From a virus, in the IMG/VR virus record IMGVR_UViG_3300046616_000431, positions 32,001 through 96,000 of that record: DNA of 64,000 nucleotides; one strand, written 5' to 3'. Numbering within the stretch: position 1 is the first letter of the stretch; each line of letters opens with the position of its first letter. Positions 56,156-64,000 of the stretch are shown here, piece after piece. A program made the translations under genes and the position numbers. The notes beneath the pieces are model-generated. The model made no database searches. It saw only the letters and a program-made list of their open reading frames with translations, and was not told the origin of the DNA.

Positions 56156-59100
56156 GTGCTGCGCCTGGTCACTTCGTACGCCTCAGAACGCTTCCCCGGA
56201 ACCGAATACCGCGTCGGCGGGGCGAAGCTCCACCTGCCCGCCCTCGTCGAGCACGAGGAAGACGGCACCCGCTGGCTGCTCGTCCCCGCTGCCGCCCCTG
56301 TCATCGTCCCGCCGCTGACGTGGCGTCGCGCGCTCAGTGACGGCGCGGCCGGAGTCATGGAAGTGCTGGAGGACGGCGTCACGGCCGTCCCGGCGCACAT
56401 GATTGAAGAGCAGGACATCAACGGCGGCAGAGTGTGCCTCGCCTACAGCCGCAACGCGATCTTCGACGACGAAGACGGCATCCCCACCTACCACGAGGTC
56501 CTCGACCAGCTCGAAGCCAAGCTCAGTCCGCCCACGACGGCGGCCGGGTTCGTGCACCTGCACACCCACAGCGAGTACAGCCCCCTCGACGGCCTCTCTC
56601 GCCTGGACGAGATCGTCACCGAGGTCACCGGCCACGGTCAGACCGCCGTCGGCATCACCGACCACGGCAACTGTGCCGGACACCCGGCCCTGCAGCGCGC
56701 GGCCGACGCGGCCGGAATCAAGCCGATCTTCGGCATCGAGGCCAACCTCACCGACGACCGGCTCATGCGCGGCGACACGATCCCCGAGGACGACCCGCGC
56801 TTCCACGGCCACACCACCACGGACGACGAAGGCAACGAGAAGCCCATCCCGCCCGCCCGGATGCTGCAGAACCACTACTGGCACCTGTGCCTGTACGCCG
56901 AGAACAACGACGGCCTGCGCAACATCTGGGCCGCGAGCACCGAGGGCTTCCGCGACGGCTTCTACGGCCGCCCCCGCATGGACTGGGACACCCTGGCCCG
57001 CCACAGCGAAGGCGTCATCGCCTCCACCGGCTGCCTCCGGGGCCCCGTCGCCCGCGCGATCCTCGCCGAGGACACAGAGCTGGCCCGCCAGCGCCTCACC
57101 CGGCTCATGGACATCTTCCCCGGCCGCCTGTACGTCGAGCTGCAGCCCAACGACATGCACGACCAGCGCTGGGTCAACACCCAGATGATCGTGCTCGCCA
57201 AGGAGTTCGGCCTTCCCCTGCTGGCCACTGTCGACTCCCACTTCCCGACCGAGGAGGACGCCCACGCCCACCAGGTGTGGATCGCCTGCCAGACCCAGAA
57301 GGACGTGCAGGATGAGGCCGACCTCTTCGCTGAAGACCTGGGCCTCTTTCTCAAGGACGAGGCCTCAGTCCGTGCCGGATTCTCTTACCTCGTCGAGGAA
57401 GTGGTCGACGAAGCCATCGCCAACACCGTGGTTCTGGCCGACCGTTGCAATGCCCGCATCGAAGGCGGGCAGGTAACCCCCTCCTTTACCGGCGACCCGG
57501 CTGAGGACGTCCGCCGCCTGCGCGAGCTGTGCCTGGCGAACTGGAACCGGCTGCCTGCCAGCGCGCAGGACCAGCCCGCCGGGGCCTACCGCATCTACCG
57601 CGAGCGCTTCGAGCGCGAGATGGACCTGCTCGTCACCAAGGGCTTCTGCGGCTACTACCTCATGGTCGCGGACTACGTCGGCTGGGCCAAGGAGAACGGC
57701 ATCCTCGTCGGCCCCGGGCGCGGCTCCGGCGGAGGCTCCCTGGTCGCCTACCTCGCCCGCATCACCTCTCTGGACCCGATCCGTCACGACCTCCTGTTCG
57801 AGCGGTTCCTCACCATGGGCCGCAAGGGCCTGCCCGACTTCGACGTCGACTTCCCCGCCAGCAAGAAGGCCGCCATCCTCGGCTACCTCCGCCAGCGCTG
57901 GGGCACCGACCGCGTCGTCACTATCGGCTCCGAAGGCCGCCTGAAGAACAAGGCCGTCCTGGACAACCTGCTGCGGGCCATGAAGTCCCGCCTGCCCGAG
58001 GGTGCCGAGGCCGACCTGAAGCAGGTCAAGGAACTGATCAAGGAGGTCGAGGCCGGGACCGCCGGACTGGGCATGTCCTGGGAGGACCTCTGGGTCCAGC
58101 ACGGCGACCAGCTCCAGCCCTACGCCGACCGCTACCCCGAACTCTTCGAGATGGCCGAGAAGTTCGTCGGCCGCCTCAAGAGCTACGGCCGCCACGCCGC
58201 CGGGGTCGTCATTTCGACCTCCGTGCCGATCGCCGAGTGGATGCCCATGCGGGCCATCGAGGGCGAAGAGCAGATGGTGACCCAGTGGGCCATGGATGAC
58301 GTCGAGGCCATCGGCGGGATCAAGTTCGACATCCTCACCCTCGGCACCCTGGACATCATCCAGCAGTGCATCGACCTCGTGCACGAGCGCTACGGGATCC
58401 GCATCGACCTGGAGGCCTGGGACAAGGAGTTCGAGGACCCCGACGTCTGGGACGAGTTCACCCACGCACTGACCCTCGGAATCTTCCAGGTCGACACCCC
58501 CAGCGGCACCCGCCTGTGCGAGCGGATGCGGCCGGTGAACGTCGCCGAACTCGCCGACATGATCACCATCGTCCGGCCCGGCCCGAAGAATAGCGGCCTG
58601 ACCGACGCCTACCTGCGCCGCCGCGCCGGTGAGCAGGCCGTCAGCTACCCCGACCCGCGCCTGGAGCGCGTCCTGGCCCCGACCTACGGCGCCATGATCT
58701 ACCAGGAGCAGGTCATGGCCGTCACCCGGATCATCGCCGGGTACGACGAGTCCGAGGCCGATGCCGTCCGCAAGATCCTCGGCAAGAAGAAGGTCGCCGC
58801 GATCGAGTCGGCAGGGCAGGAGTTCCTCTCCCGCGCCGACATGCCGCAGGCCGACGCCGCCCGACTGTGGGCCCAGATGGCCGAGTTCTCCAAGTACGGC
58901 TTCAACAAGTCCCATGCATACGCATACGCCTTCCTCGCGTACTGGACGGCCTTCCTCAAGGTCAACTACCGCCGCGAGTTCCTCGTCGCCGCCATGACCC
59001 ACGTCGAGAACGAGCGGCTGCCCGAGTTCGTCCGCGAGGCACGCCGCGTCAACGTCTCCGTCCAGCCGCCACACATCAACCTCTCCGGCCACGGCTTCTC

Positions 59101-59959
59101 CGTCGACCCGGCCGAGTACGCCATCCGCTACGGCCTCGACTCCGTCAAGGGCGTGGGCGAGGCGGCCGTCGGCGACATAACGCCGCACCAGCCGTACAGC
59201 CACTGGGACGACTTCCAGGAGCGCAAGGGCAGCAAGGCCCACGCGGGAGTCGTCGCCCTCCTCGCCCGCATCGGCGCCTTCGACGACCTCGTGCCCAACC
59301 GGCGCGGCCTGGAGGCCAAGCTGCTGGCCGCCAAGACCGGCGAGGACGCCCGCTGCGTCTTCAAGGACGAGTCTCACGACTGGATGGAGCGGGTCACCGA
59401 GACGTTCGAGCAGCGCGACGGCGAGATGCACCGCCTCCCGCAGCCGACCTTCTGCACCTTCGACTGGTCCACCGAGCCGGTCCCGGTGAACAAGCGCACC
59501 GGCAAGAAGCTCAAGCGCAAGCCGCTCCCCAAGCGCTGCACCAAGGCCTGCCGCCAGTACGTCCCCCGGCCCGCCATGGACCTCGACGACGTCGAGCCGT
59601 ACACCGACGAGGACATCCGCCAGATCGAGCTGGAGATGCTCGGCTGCTTCCTCTCCAGCACACCGTTCGACCGGCTCGACCCGGACGACCGCCAGGCGTG
59701 CCTGCACAACGCCACGGCCATCGCCGACGGCCCGAACGGCAACTACATCGTCGCCGCCATCATCGCCAGCGCCCGCCCCCACCGCTCCATCCCCATGGGG
59801 TTCGTCTCCCTGGAAACCGAGGCCGCCACCCTCAGCGCGGCCGTGTTCCAGGACGCCTGGGCCGTCGAGAAGCACCGCCTGAACAAGGGCCAGCTCTGCT
59901 TCGCCGAAGTCCGCAAGACCGACCGGGGTCTCAACCTCGTCGCCTACCAGCCCGTCTGA
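56156..59959 (+). CDS. dnaE: DNA polymerase III alpha subunit
   Basis: FVHLHTHSEYS PHP, GPGRGSGGGSLVAY, PDFDVDF, HAAGVVI, KFDIL, YGFNKSHA; GAGG RBS before GTG 56156. Confidence 0.97.
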   Translation: MLRLVTSYASERFPGTEYRVGGAKLHLPALVEHEEDGTRWLLVPAAAPVIVPPLTWRRALSDGAAGVMEVLEDGVTAVPAHMIEEQDINGGRVCLAYSRNAIFDDEDGIPTYHEVLDQLEAKLSPPTTAAGFVHLHTHSEYSPLDGLSRLDEIVTEVTGHGQTAVGITDHGNCAGHPALQRAADAAGIKPIFGIEANLTDDRLMRGDTIPEDDPRFHGHTTTDDEGNEKPIPPARMLQNHYWHLCLYAENNDGLRNIWAASTEGFRDGFYGRPRMDWDTLARHSEGVIASTGCLRGPVARAILAEDTELARQRLTRLMDIFPGRLYVELQPNDMHDQRWVNTQMIVLAKEFGLPLLATVDSHFPTEEDAHAHQVWIACQTQKDVQDEADLFAEDLGLFLKDEASVRAGFSYLVEEVVDEAIANTVVLADRCNARIEGGQVTPSFTGDPAEDVRRLRELCLANWNRLPASAQDQPAGAYRIYRERFEREMDLLVTKGFCGYYLMVADYVGWAKENGILVGPGRGSGGGSLVAYLARITSLDPIRHDLLFERFLTMGRKGLPDFDVDFPASKKAAILGYLRQRWGTDRVVTIGSEGRLKNKAVLDNLLRAMKSRLPEGAEADLKQVKELIKEVEAGTAGLGMSWEDLWVQHGDQLQPYADRYPELFEMAEKFVGRLKSYGRHAAGVVISTSVPIAEWMPMRAIEGEEQMVTQWAMDDVEAIGGIKFDILTLGTLDIIQQCIDLVHERYGIRIDLEAWDKEFEDPDVWDEFTHALTLGIFQVDTPSGTRLCERMRPVNVAELADMITIVRPGPKNSGLTDAYLRRRAGEQAVSYPDPRLERVLAPTYGAMIYQEQVMAVTRIIAGYDESEADAVRKILGKKKVAAIESAGQEFLSRADMPQADAARLWAQMAEFSKYGFNKSHAYAYAFLAYWTAFLKVNYRREFLVAAMTHVENERLPEFVREARRVNVSVQPPHINLSGHGFSVDPAEYAIRYGLDSVKGVGEAAVGDITPHQPYSHWDDFQERKGSKAHAGVVALLARIGAFDDLVPNRRGLEAKLLAAKTGEDARCVFKDESHDWMERVTETFEQRDGEMHRLPQPTFCTFDWSTEPVPVNKRTGKKLKRKPLPKRCTKACRQYVPRPAMDLDDVEPYTDEDIRQIELEMLGCFLSSTPFDRLDPDDRQACLHNATAIADGPNGNYIVAAIIASARPHRSIPMGFVSLETEAATLSAAVFQDAWAVEKHRLNKGQLCFAEVRKTDRGLNLVAYQPV

Positions 59960-59974
59960 CCAGAAAGGCCCACC

Positions 59975-60427
59975 ATGCTCCGCGACCTGGGCACCGGCGC
60001 CCGCTTCTTCCTCTACGTGGTGATCGGCATGATCGCCGTCGCCGTCTTTGCCTTCCTGTCGATCTACGTCTTCGGCTCGGTCCAGAACACGACCGCCGAC
60101 TACCGGGGCCGGACCGACGCCCGCGAGCGCACCGTCGCCGACGGCGCCTTCCGCATCGGCACCTACGAGCAGTTCTTCGACCTCTGCCAGTCCGTGCAGA
60201 CCTCCGAGGCCGCCATCAGGAACGCCCAGAAGGAGCTGGACACCGACCCGGCGGCCGACCGCAAGGCACAGCTGCAGCAGGTCATCACGGCACAGAGCAA
60301 CATCCGCGCCGAGTCCATCACGACCTACAACTCCAAGGCCTCCCAGGAGCACCGCCAGGCGTTCCTGGACGCCGCTCTCCCCGCCCGCCTCGACCTGAAC
60401 ACCCAGGAGACCCAGTGCGCCGCCTGA
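59975..60427 (+). CDS. Membrane-anchored protein
   Basis: N-terminal TM helix; GAAAGG RBS. Confidence 0.7.
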   Translation: MLRDLGTGARFFLYVVIGMIAVAVFAFLSIYVFGSVQNTTADYRGRTDARERTVADGAFRIGTYEQFFDLCQSVQTSEAAIRNAQKELDTDPAADRKAQLQQVITAQSNIRAESITTYNSKASQEHRQAFLDAALPARLDLNTQETQCAA

Positions 60428-61008
60428 CCACCACCCTCGCCGCTACCGCTGCCGTCCTCGGCCTCGCCTTCGGCGCCACCGCCTGCGACATGGGCGGCGA
60501 CAGCCAGCCCTCCTCGCGAGCCAAGGAGAACAAGAGCCGCAACAGCAGCTACGACGGCCTCGTCGCCAAGCAGCCCGCCGAGAAGGTCGACTACAGCCCC
60601 ACCCGGGCGACCAAGAACTTCTGGATCAAGACCTGGGGCAAGACCCCGAACAAGCTGTCGTACGTCTACATCCAGAACGCCAACGGCCAGTACGGCTACT
60701 ACATCCTCAAGGGCCTGCCCGTCACCTACTGCGTCAGCCTCGTGCCGCCGGAGCAGGCCTCCCGGCTCGACCTCGGCTCCGACGGCAGCACGGGCGTCGT
60801 CGTCCAGGCCCCCTCCATGGACGGCACCTACAGCAGCCAGTCCAACTGCACCTCCTACTACGGCGAGGACGCGACCAGCGGCGCCTACGTCGAGTGGAGC
60901 GTCGGCGCGAACCAGTCGTACTTCCTCTACTCCGAGCCGATGAGCCTGCCGCAGTTCAAGGACGCCGTCCCGCTCGGCAAGACCCAGCTCTCCGACGTCA
61001 AGCACTGA
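60415..61008 (+). CDS. Lipoprotein
   Basis: AGGAG RBS, GTG; signal peptide ending in lipobox ATAC. Confidence 0.75.
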   Translation: MRRLTTTLAATAAVLGLAFGATACDMGGDSQPSSRAKENKSRNSSYDGLVAKQPAEKVDYSPTRATKNFWIKTWGKTPNKLSYVYIQNANGQYGYYILKGLPVTYCVSLVPPEQASRLDLGSDGSTGVVVQAPSMDGTYSSQSNCTSYYGEDATSGAYVEWSVGANQSYFLYSEPMSLPQFKDAVPLGKTQLSDVKH

Positions 61009-61014
61009 CCCACC

Positions 61015-61047
61015 GGCGGGGGCCGACACGACGGTCGGCCCCCGCCT
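61015..61047 (+). terminator. Terminator-like hairpin
   Basis: GGCGGGGGCCGAC/GTCGGCCCCCGCC perfect stem. Confidence 0.65.
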
Positions 61048-61066
61048 CCTGAACGGAGCCCCTCCC

Positions 61067-61687
61067 ATGTCCAACGTCATCGACAGCATCAGCCACCCGT
61101 ACTGGGCCAACCTCGGCAACGCGGTCCGCGAGAGCCGCACCAAGCAGCGCTACTCCCAGCAGTCTGTCGCCGGTGCGGTCGGCCTTTCCGTCCGGGACCT
61201 GGCCGCCCTGGAGTCGGGGTTCGTGCCGCCGGAGGTCGCGGTCACCCTCGGCCGCGTCCGCCTGACTGCCTTCGACGAGATGCTGGGCTGGGAGGAGGGC
61301 ACCGCCCGCGAGTACGTCACCGAGGCGGTCTCGGCGGTCAGCGTCCCCGAAGGCTTCACGTTCAGCACCAACGTCGTCGAGCCCCGCAACAGCCTGGACC
61401 GCTCTACCTACTCCCGCGCCGACTGGGTCCGCCTCGGCAAGGCCGTCCAGGTCGCCCGCATGGCGCAGCGCATGACCAAGCCCGTCCTGGCCTTCGCTGT
61501 CCAGTCCACCAGCAAGACCATGCTCCGCCTCGAAGAGGGGCGCATCTACGGCGACCCGCGTACCGCGCCGCCCGGCGACTACAACTCCGAGAAGTACTGG
61601 TTCAAGCGCCTCGCGCTGCTGGAGATGGCCCTGGAGTGGGAAGCGGGCCAGGCCCGCCAGATCCTCGACAACACCGCCACCAAGTAG
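61067..61687 (+). CDS. Tandem XRE-HTH transcriptional regulator
   Basis: Internal duplication W..LG.AV...R ... LE.G ... L.WE.G.AR. Confidence 0.8.
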   Translation: MSNVIDSISHPYWANLGNAVRESRTKQRYSQQSVAGAVGLSVRDLAALESGFVPPEVAVTLGRVRLTAFDEMLGWEEGTAREYVTEAVSAVSVPEGFTFSTNVVEPRNSLDRSTYSRADWVRLGKAVQVARMAQRMTKPVLAFAVQSTSKTMLRLEEGRIYGDPRTAPPGDYNSEKYWFKRLALLEMALEWEAGQARQILDNTATK

Positions 61688-61754
61688 CACCTGCAGCACC
61701 ACCGGCCGACCGCCAACGGCCGCGTACCGCCTCCTACCGCCAGGGAGACCCCTC

Positions 61755-62843
61755 ATGGCCTCGAAGGGCCTTTCCAAGCTCCGCACCGATCTGACCAAGG
61801 TGTACGGGGACCGCGTCACCCGCCGGGATCAGATGATCCCCCCGACGTTCGTCTCCACCGGCTCCATCACCCTCGACTACGCCATGGGCGGTGGGTTCGC
61901 GCTCAAGCGCACCCACGAGATCCTCGGCCCCGAGGGCATGGGCAAGACGTCGCTGGCGAACCTCACCATGGCCAACGCCCAGCGCCAGTTCCCCGACCGC
62001 GCCGTCTCCGTCATCGACATGGAGCAGGCCTACGACTTCGACTGGGCCCGCAGGCTCGGCGTCGATGTCGACGACGAGGACAGGTTTTTCCACCTCTACC
62101 CGAACCACTCCGAGGATGTCTCCGACCAGATCGGCATGCTGCTGCGCAGCGGCGAGGTCTCCCTGGTCGTCGTCGACTCCATCGGCGGCATGGAGTCCCG
62201 TGCCGCGTTCGAGAAGAAGGCCGAGGAGTCGGCCATGGGCAAGAACGCCCAGGTCATCTCCCGCATGGTCAAGCGCGTCGCCGGACTGTGCCGCGAGAAC
62301 AACGCCGCCGTCGTCTTCATCAACCAGTACCGCGCCGACATCGGCAACCCGCGCGGCGGCCAGAAGCCCGCAGGCCCCTCCGCGCTGAAGTACAACACCA
62401 CGACACAGCTCAAGATGAGCCGCACCGGCGAGACCACCCGCAAGGTCACCATCAGCGACGCCGTCTCCGAGGCCCCCAAGGACCTGGAGGTCGGCCGCCA
62501 GCTGCGCGTGAAGGTCACCCGCAACAAGCTCGCCGCCCAGGGCCGCAGCGCCGACTTCTGGTTCTACAACGTCGCCACTGAGAAGTACGGCCCCGTCGGC
62601 GTCGACCAGATGGACGAGGCCGCCGTCCTCGGCATGGCCACCGGCGCCATCAAGCGCCTGTCCACCGTGTCCTACGAGTTCCCCGGCGGCGCCCAGGTCA
62701 AGGGCGGCCGACCCGGCGTCCTGGCCTACCTCGCCGAGCACCGCGAACTCGTCGGCCAGATCCGCGAGCTGGCCCTGCAGAGCATCTCCAGCGAAGTCCA
62801 GTCCGAGCACACGGTCTCCTACGACGACGAGGAAGCAGCATGA
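61755..62843 (+). CDS. recA: RecA recombinase
   Basis: STGSITLD, GPEGMGKT, IDMEQ, VVVDSI, FINQ.R, ALKY, KVTRNK. Confidence 0.95.
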   Translation: MASKGLSKLRTDLTKVYGDRVTRRDQMIPPTFVSTGSITLDYAMGGGFALKRTHEILGPEGMGKTSLANLTMANAQRQFPDRAVSVIDMEQAYDFDWARRLGVDVDDEDRFFHLYPNHSEDVSDQIGMLLRSGEVSLVVVDSIGGMESRAAFEKKAEESAMGKNAQVISRMVKRVAGLCRENNAAVVFINQYRADIGNPRGGQKPAGPSALKYNTTTQLKMSRTGETTRKVTISDAVSEAPKDLEVGRQLRVKVTRNKLAAQGRSADFWFYNVATEKYGPVGVDQMDEAAVLGMATGAIKRLSTVSYEFPGGAQVKGGRPGVLAYLAEHRELVGQIRELALQSISSEVQSEHTVSYDDEEAA

Positions 62844-63277
62844 GCAAGCTCAAGGCCGACGGCCCGTACCGGGCCTGGGTCAGGAGGCACGCTCTCCGCC
62901 TGGCCATCCTCAACGTCGTGATCCACGCCCTGGCACTCGTGCTGGTGCTCGTCTACTTCGACCGCCTGGATCGAGCGGTCGGCAGTGACGCCTTCAACAG
63001 AGGCGCCCTCTGGGGGATGGCGTACGTCCTGGTCGTCATGGGGCTGGCCGCGTCGGTGGGCACCCTGCGCCGGGTGAGGAAGCCCGCGCCTGTGCCGGTC
63101 GACCCGGCCAACCCGCCGACCCCGGGGATCTTCGCCTACGACCCCGAGGACCCTGACGACCCCGAGGTCCTCTGCCACTGCCACGGCCGCCCCATCGCCG
63201 CAGGCCAGTCCGTCGTCCAGTGGCCGCAGCCGCCCAAGTACACCTGCACCGACGCCGACGAGGAGCGCACCAAGTGA
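62840..63277 (+). CDS. Membrane protein
   Basis: Two TM segments; ATGA overlap. Confidence 0.6.
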   Translation: MSKLKADGPYRAWVRRHALRLAILNVVIHALALVLVLVYFDRLDRAVGSDAFNRGALWGMAYVLVVMGLAASVGTLRRVRKPAPVPVDPANPPTPGIFAYDPEDPDDPEVLCHCHGRPIAAGQSVVQWPQPPKYTCTDADEERTK

Positions 63278-63444
63278 CGCACCAGTGCACCCTGCCGCAC
63301 CCCGGCCGCCACTCGCTCCCCAACGTGACCTGCGGTGAGTGCGGCGCCGAGTACGAGCTGGTCTACACCGGCCTCTGGGGCCTCCCGCTGCGCTTCAAGC
63401 GCCTTTTCCAGGCCCTCGGCCGCAAGCTCAAGGGGCGCCGATGA
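63274..63444 (+). CDS. Small Zn-ribbon protein
   Basis: GAGGAG RBS; HQC..CGEC. Confidence 0.5.
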   Translation: MTHQCTLPHPGRHSLPNVTCGECGAEYELVYTGLWGLPLRFKRLFQALGRKLKGRR

Positions 63445-63656
63445 GCGGGACGCCCGAGACGCCCGAGACGCCCATCTGGCACATGTGCTCGGACCTCCCC
63501 AAGCCCGACAAGGCCGCGACCAAGATCGTCCGCTGCGGCATCTGCGGCCAGTTCTGGAAGCGCGACTACTACGCCAGCCATGTCGTCTGGGCGCCGGTGA
63601 CCGGGAAAGACGCCCGGCGCCTCCGCCGTCAGCTGCGAGTCAGGGGGCAACGCTGA
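63441..63656 (+). CDS. Small Zn-ribbon protein
   Basis: ATGA overlap; HMC..CGIC. Confidence 0.5.
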   Translation: MSGTPETPETPIWHMCSDLPKPDKAATKIVRCGICGQFWKRDYYASHVVWAPVTGKDARRLRRQLRVRGQR

Positions 63657-64000
63657 TGTCGCTCAACAAGGACATGGGTGATGCGCACGAGAAGCGTCTA
63701 GCCGAGGTGCTCGGCATGCGCCAGACCCGGGGCTCCGGCAACCAGTGGCGCGACCAGATGGACGCCAAGCACAACCGGCTCGACAGCCGGTTCGCCTTCG
63801 CGGTCGACGGCAAGTCCACCCTGGCCAAGTCCATCAGCATCACGCGCGCCATGTGGGAGAAGGCCGGAGAGCAGGCGGGCGGCGAACTCCCCATGCTGGC
63901 CCTGCGCTTCTACAACAACGCCTCCCTGGAGGTGCACGCGGACCTCGCCGTCTGCGACCTCCTGGACTTCGCCGAGATGCGCGAGGCCGCAGAGCTGTGG
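63656..64000 (+). CDS. Holliday junction resolvase-like PD-(D/E)XK nuclease (runs off the window)
   Basis: MSLNKDMGDAHEKRLA..RGSGNQW...D...VDGKST; near recA. Confidence 0.65.
   Translation, partial: MSLNKDMGDAHEKRLAEVLGMRQTRGSGNQWRDQMDAKHNRLDSRFAFAVDGKSTLAKSISITRAMWEKAGEQAGGELPMLALRFYNNASLEVHADLAVCDLLDFAEMREAAELW

Larger units (their letters stand above)
1..64000. mobile_element. Large myovirus-like actinophage, probable phage-plasmid (partial genome)
   Basis: Contiguous contractile-tail morphogenesis genes plus a phage replication module, ParA cassette and Rep-like gene; no host housekeeping operons; WhiB and very high GC point to an actinomycete host. Confidence 0.9.

Noticed and set aside
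16223-60352. Very long reverse-strand ORFs (e.g. 16223-19021, 20720-23332, 31150-33972, 43531-45627, 57365-60352)
   Set aside because: Antisense shadows of high-GC coding genes with no recognisable motifs
50208-62843. Inteins in DnaB-like helicase, DnaE or RecA
   Set aside because: Lengths are near normal and no C...HN splice motifs were seen

Overview
The window is a 64-kb piece of a large, GC-rich actinobacterial (probably Streptomyces-type) phage with a contractile tail. Bases ~2-39.5 kb hold virion genes: neck/head-completion, sheath, tube, frameshifted chaperones, tape measure, baseplate hub/spike/wedge and several fibres. Bases ~39.5-64 kb hold an autonomous replication and recombination module: SNF2 and DinG helicases, 5'-3' exonuclease, DnaC-like loader, DnaB-like helicase, primase, SSB, DnaE, RecA, resolvase and WhiB. 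Two reverse-strand cassettes, parA plus a non-canonical partner with palindromic sites and a plasmid-type Rep-like gene with a duplicated ~70-bp element, suggest a phage-plasmid. No integrase, capsid, terminase or lysin lies inside the window. The strongest unexplained signals are non-coding. (1) There is a genome-wide family of hairpins whose loops read CGCCA(A) on one strand and (U)UGGCG on the other. Some sequester the ribosome-binding sites of replication genes, and others form multi-hairpin arrays antisense to rep and to the late operon. This is a candidate kissing-loop or decoy RNA regulatory network. (2) A bipartite CTGTCC-N19-21-AAGGGGTGA motif precedes the structural operons. All product calls come from motif recognition and synteny by eye, with no database searches.
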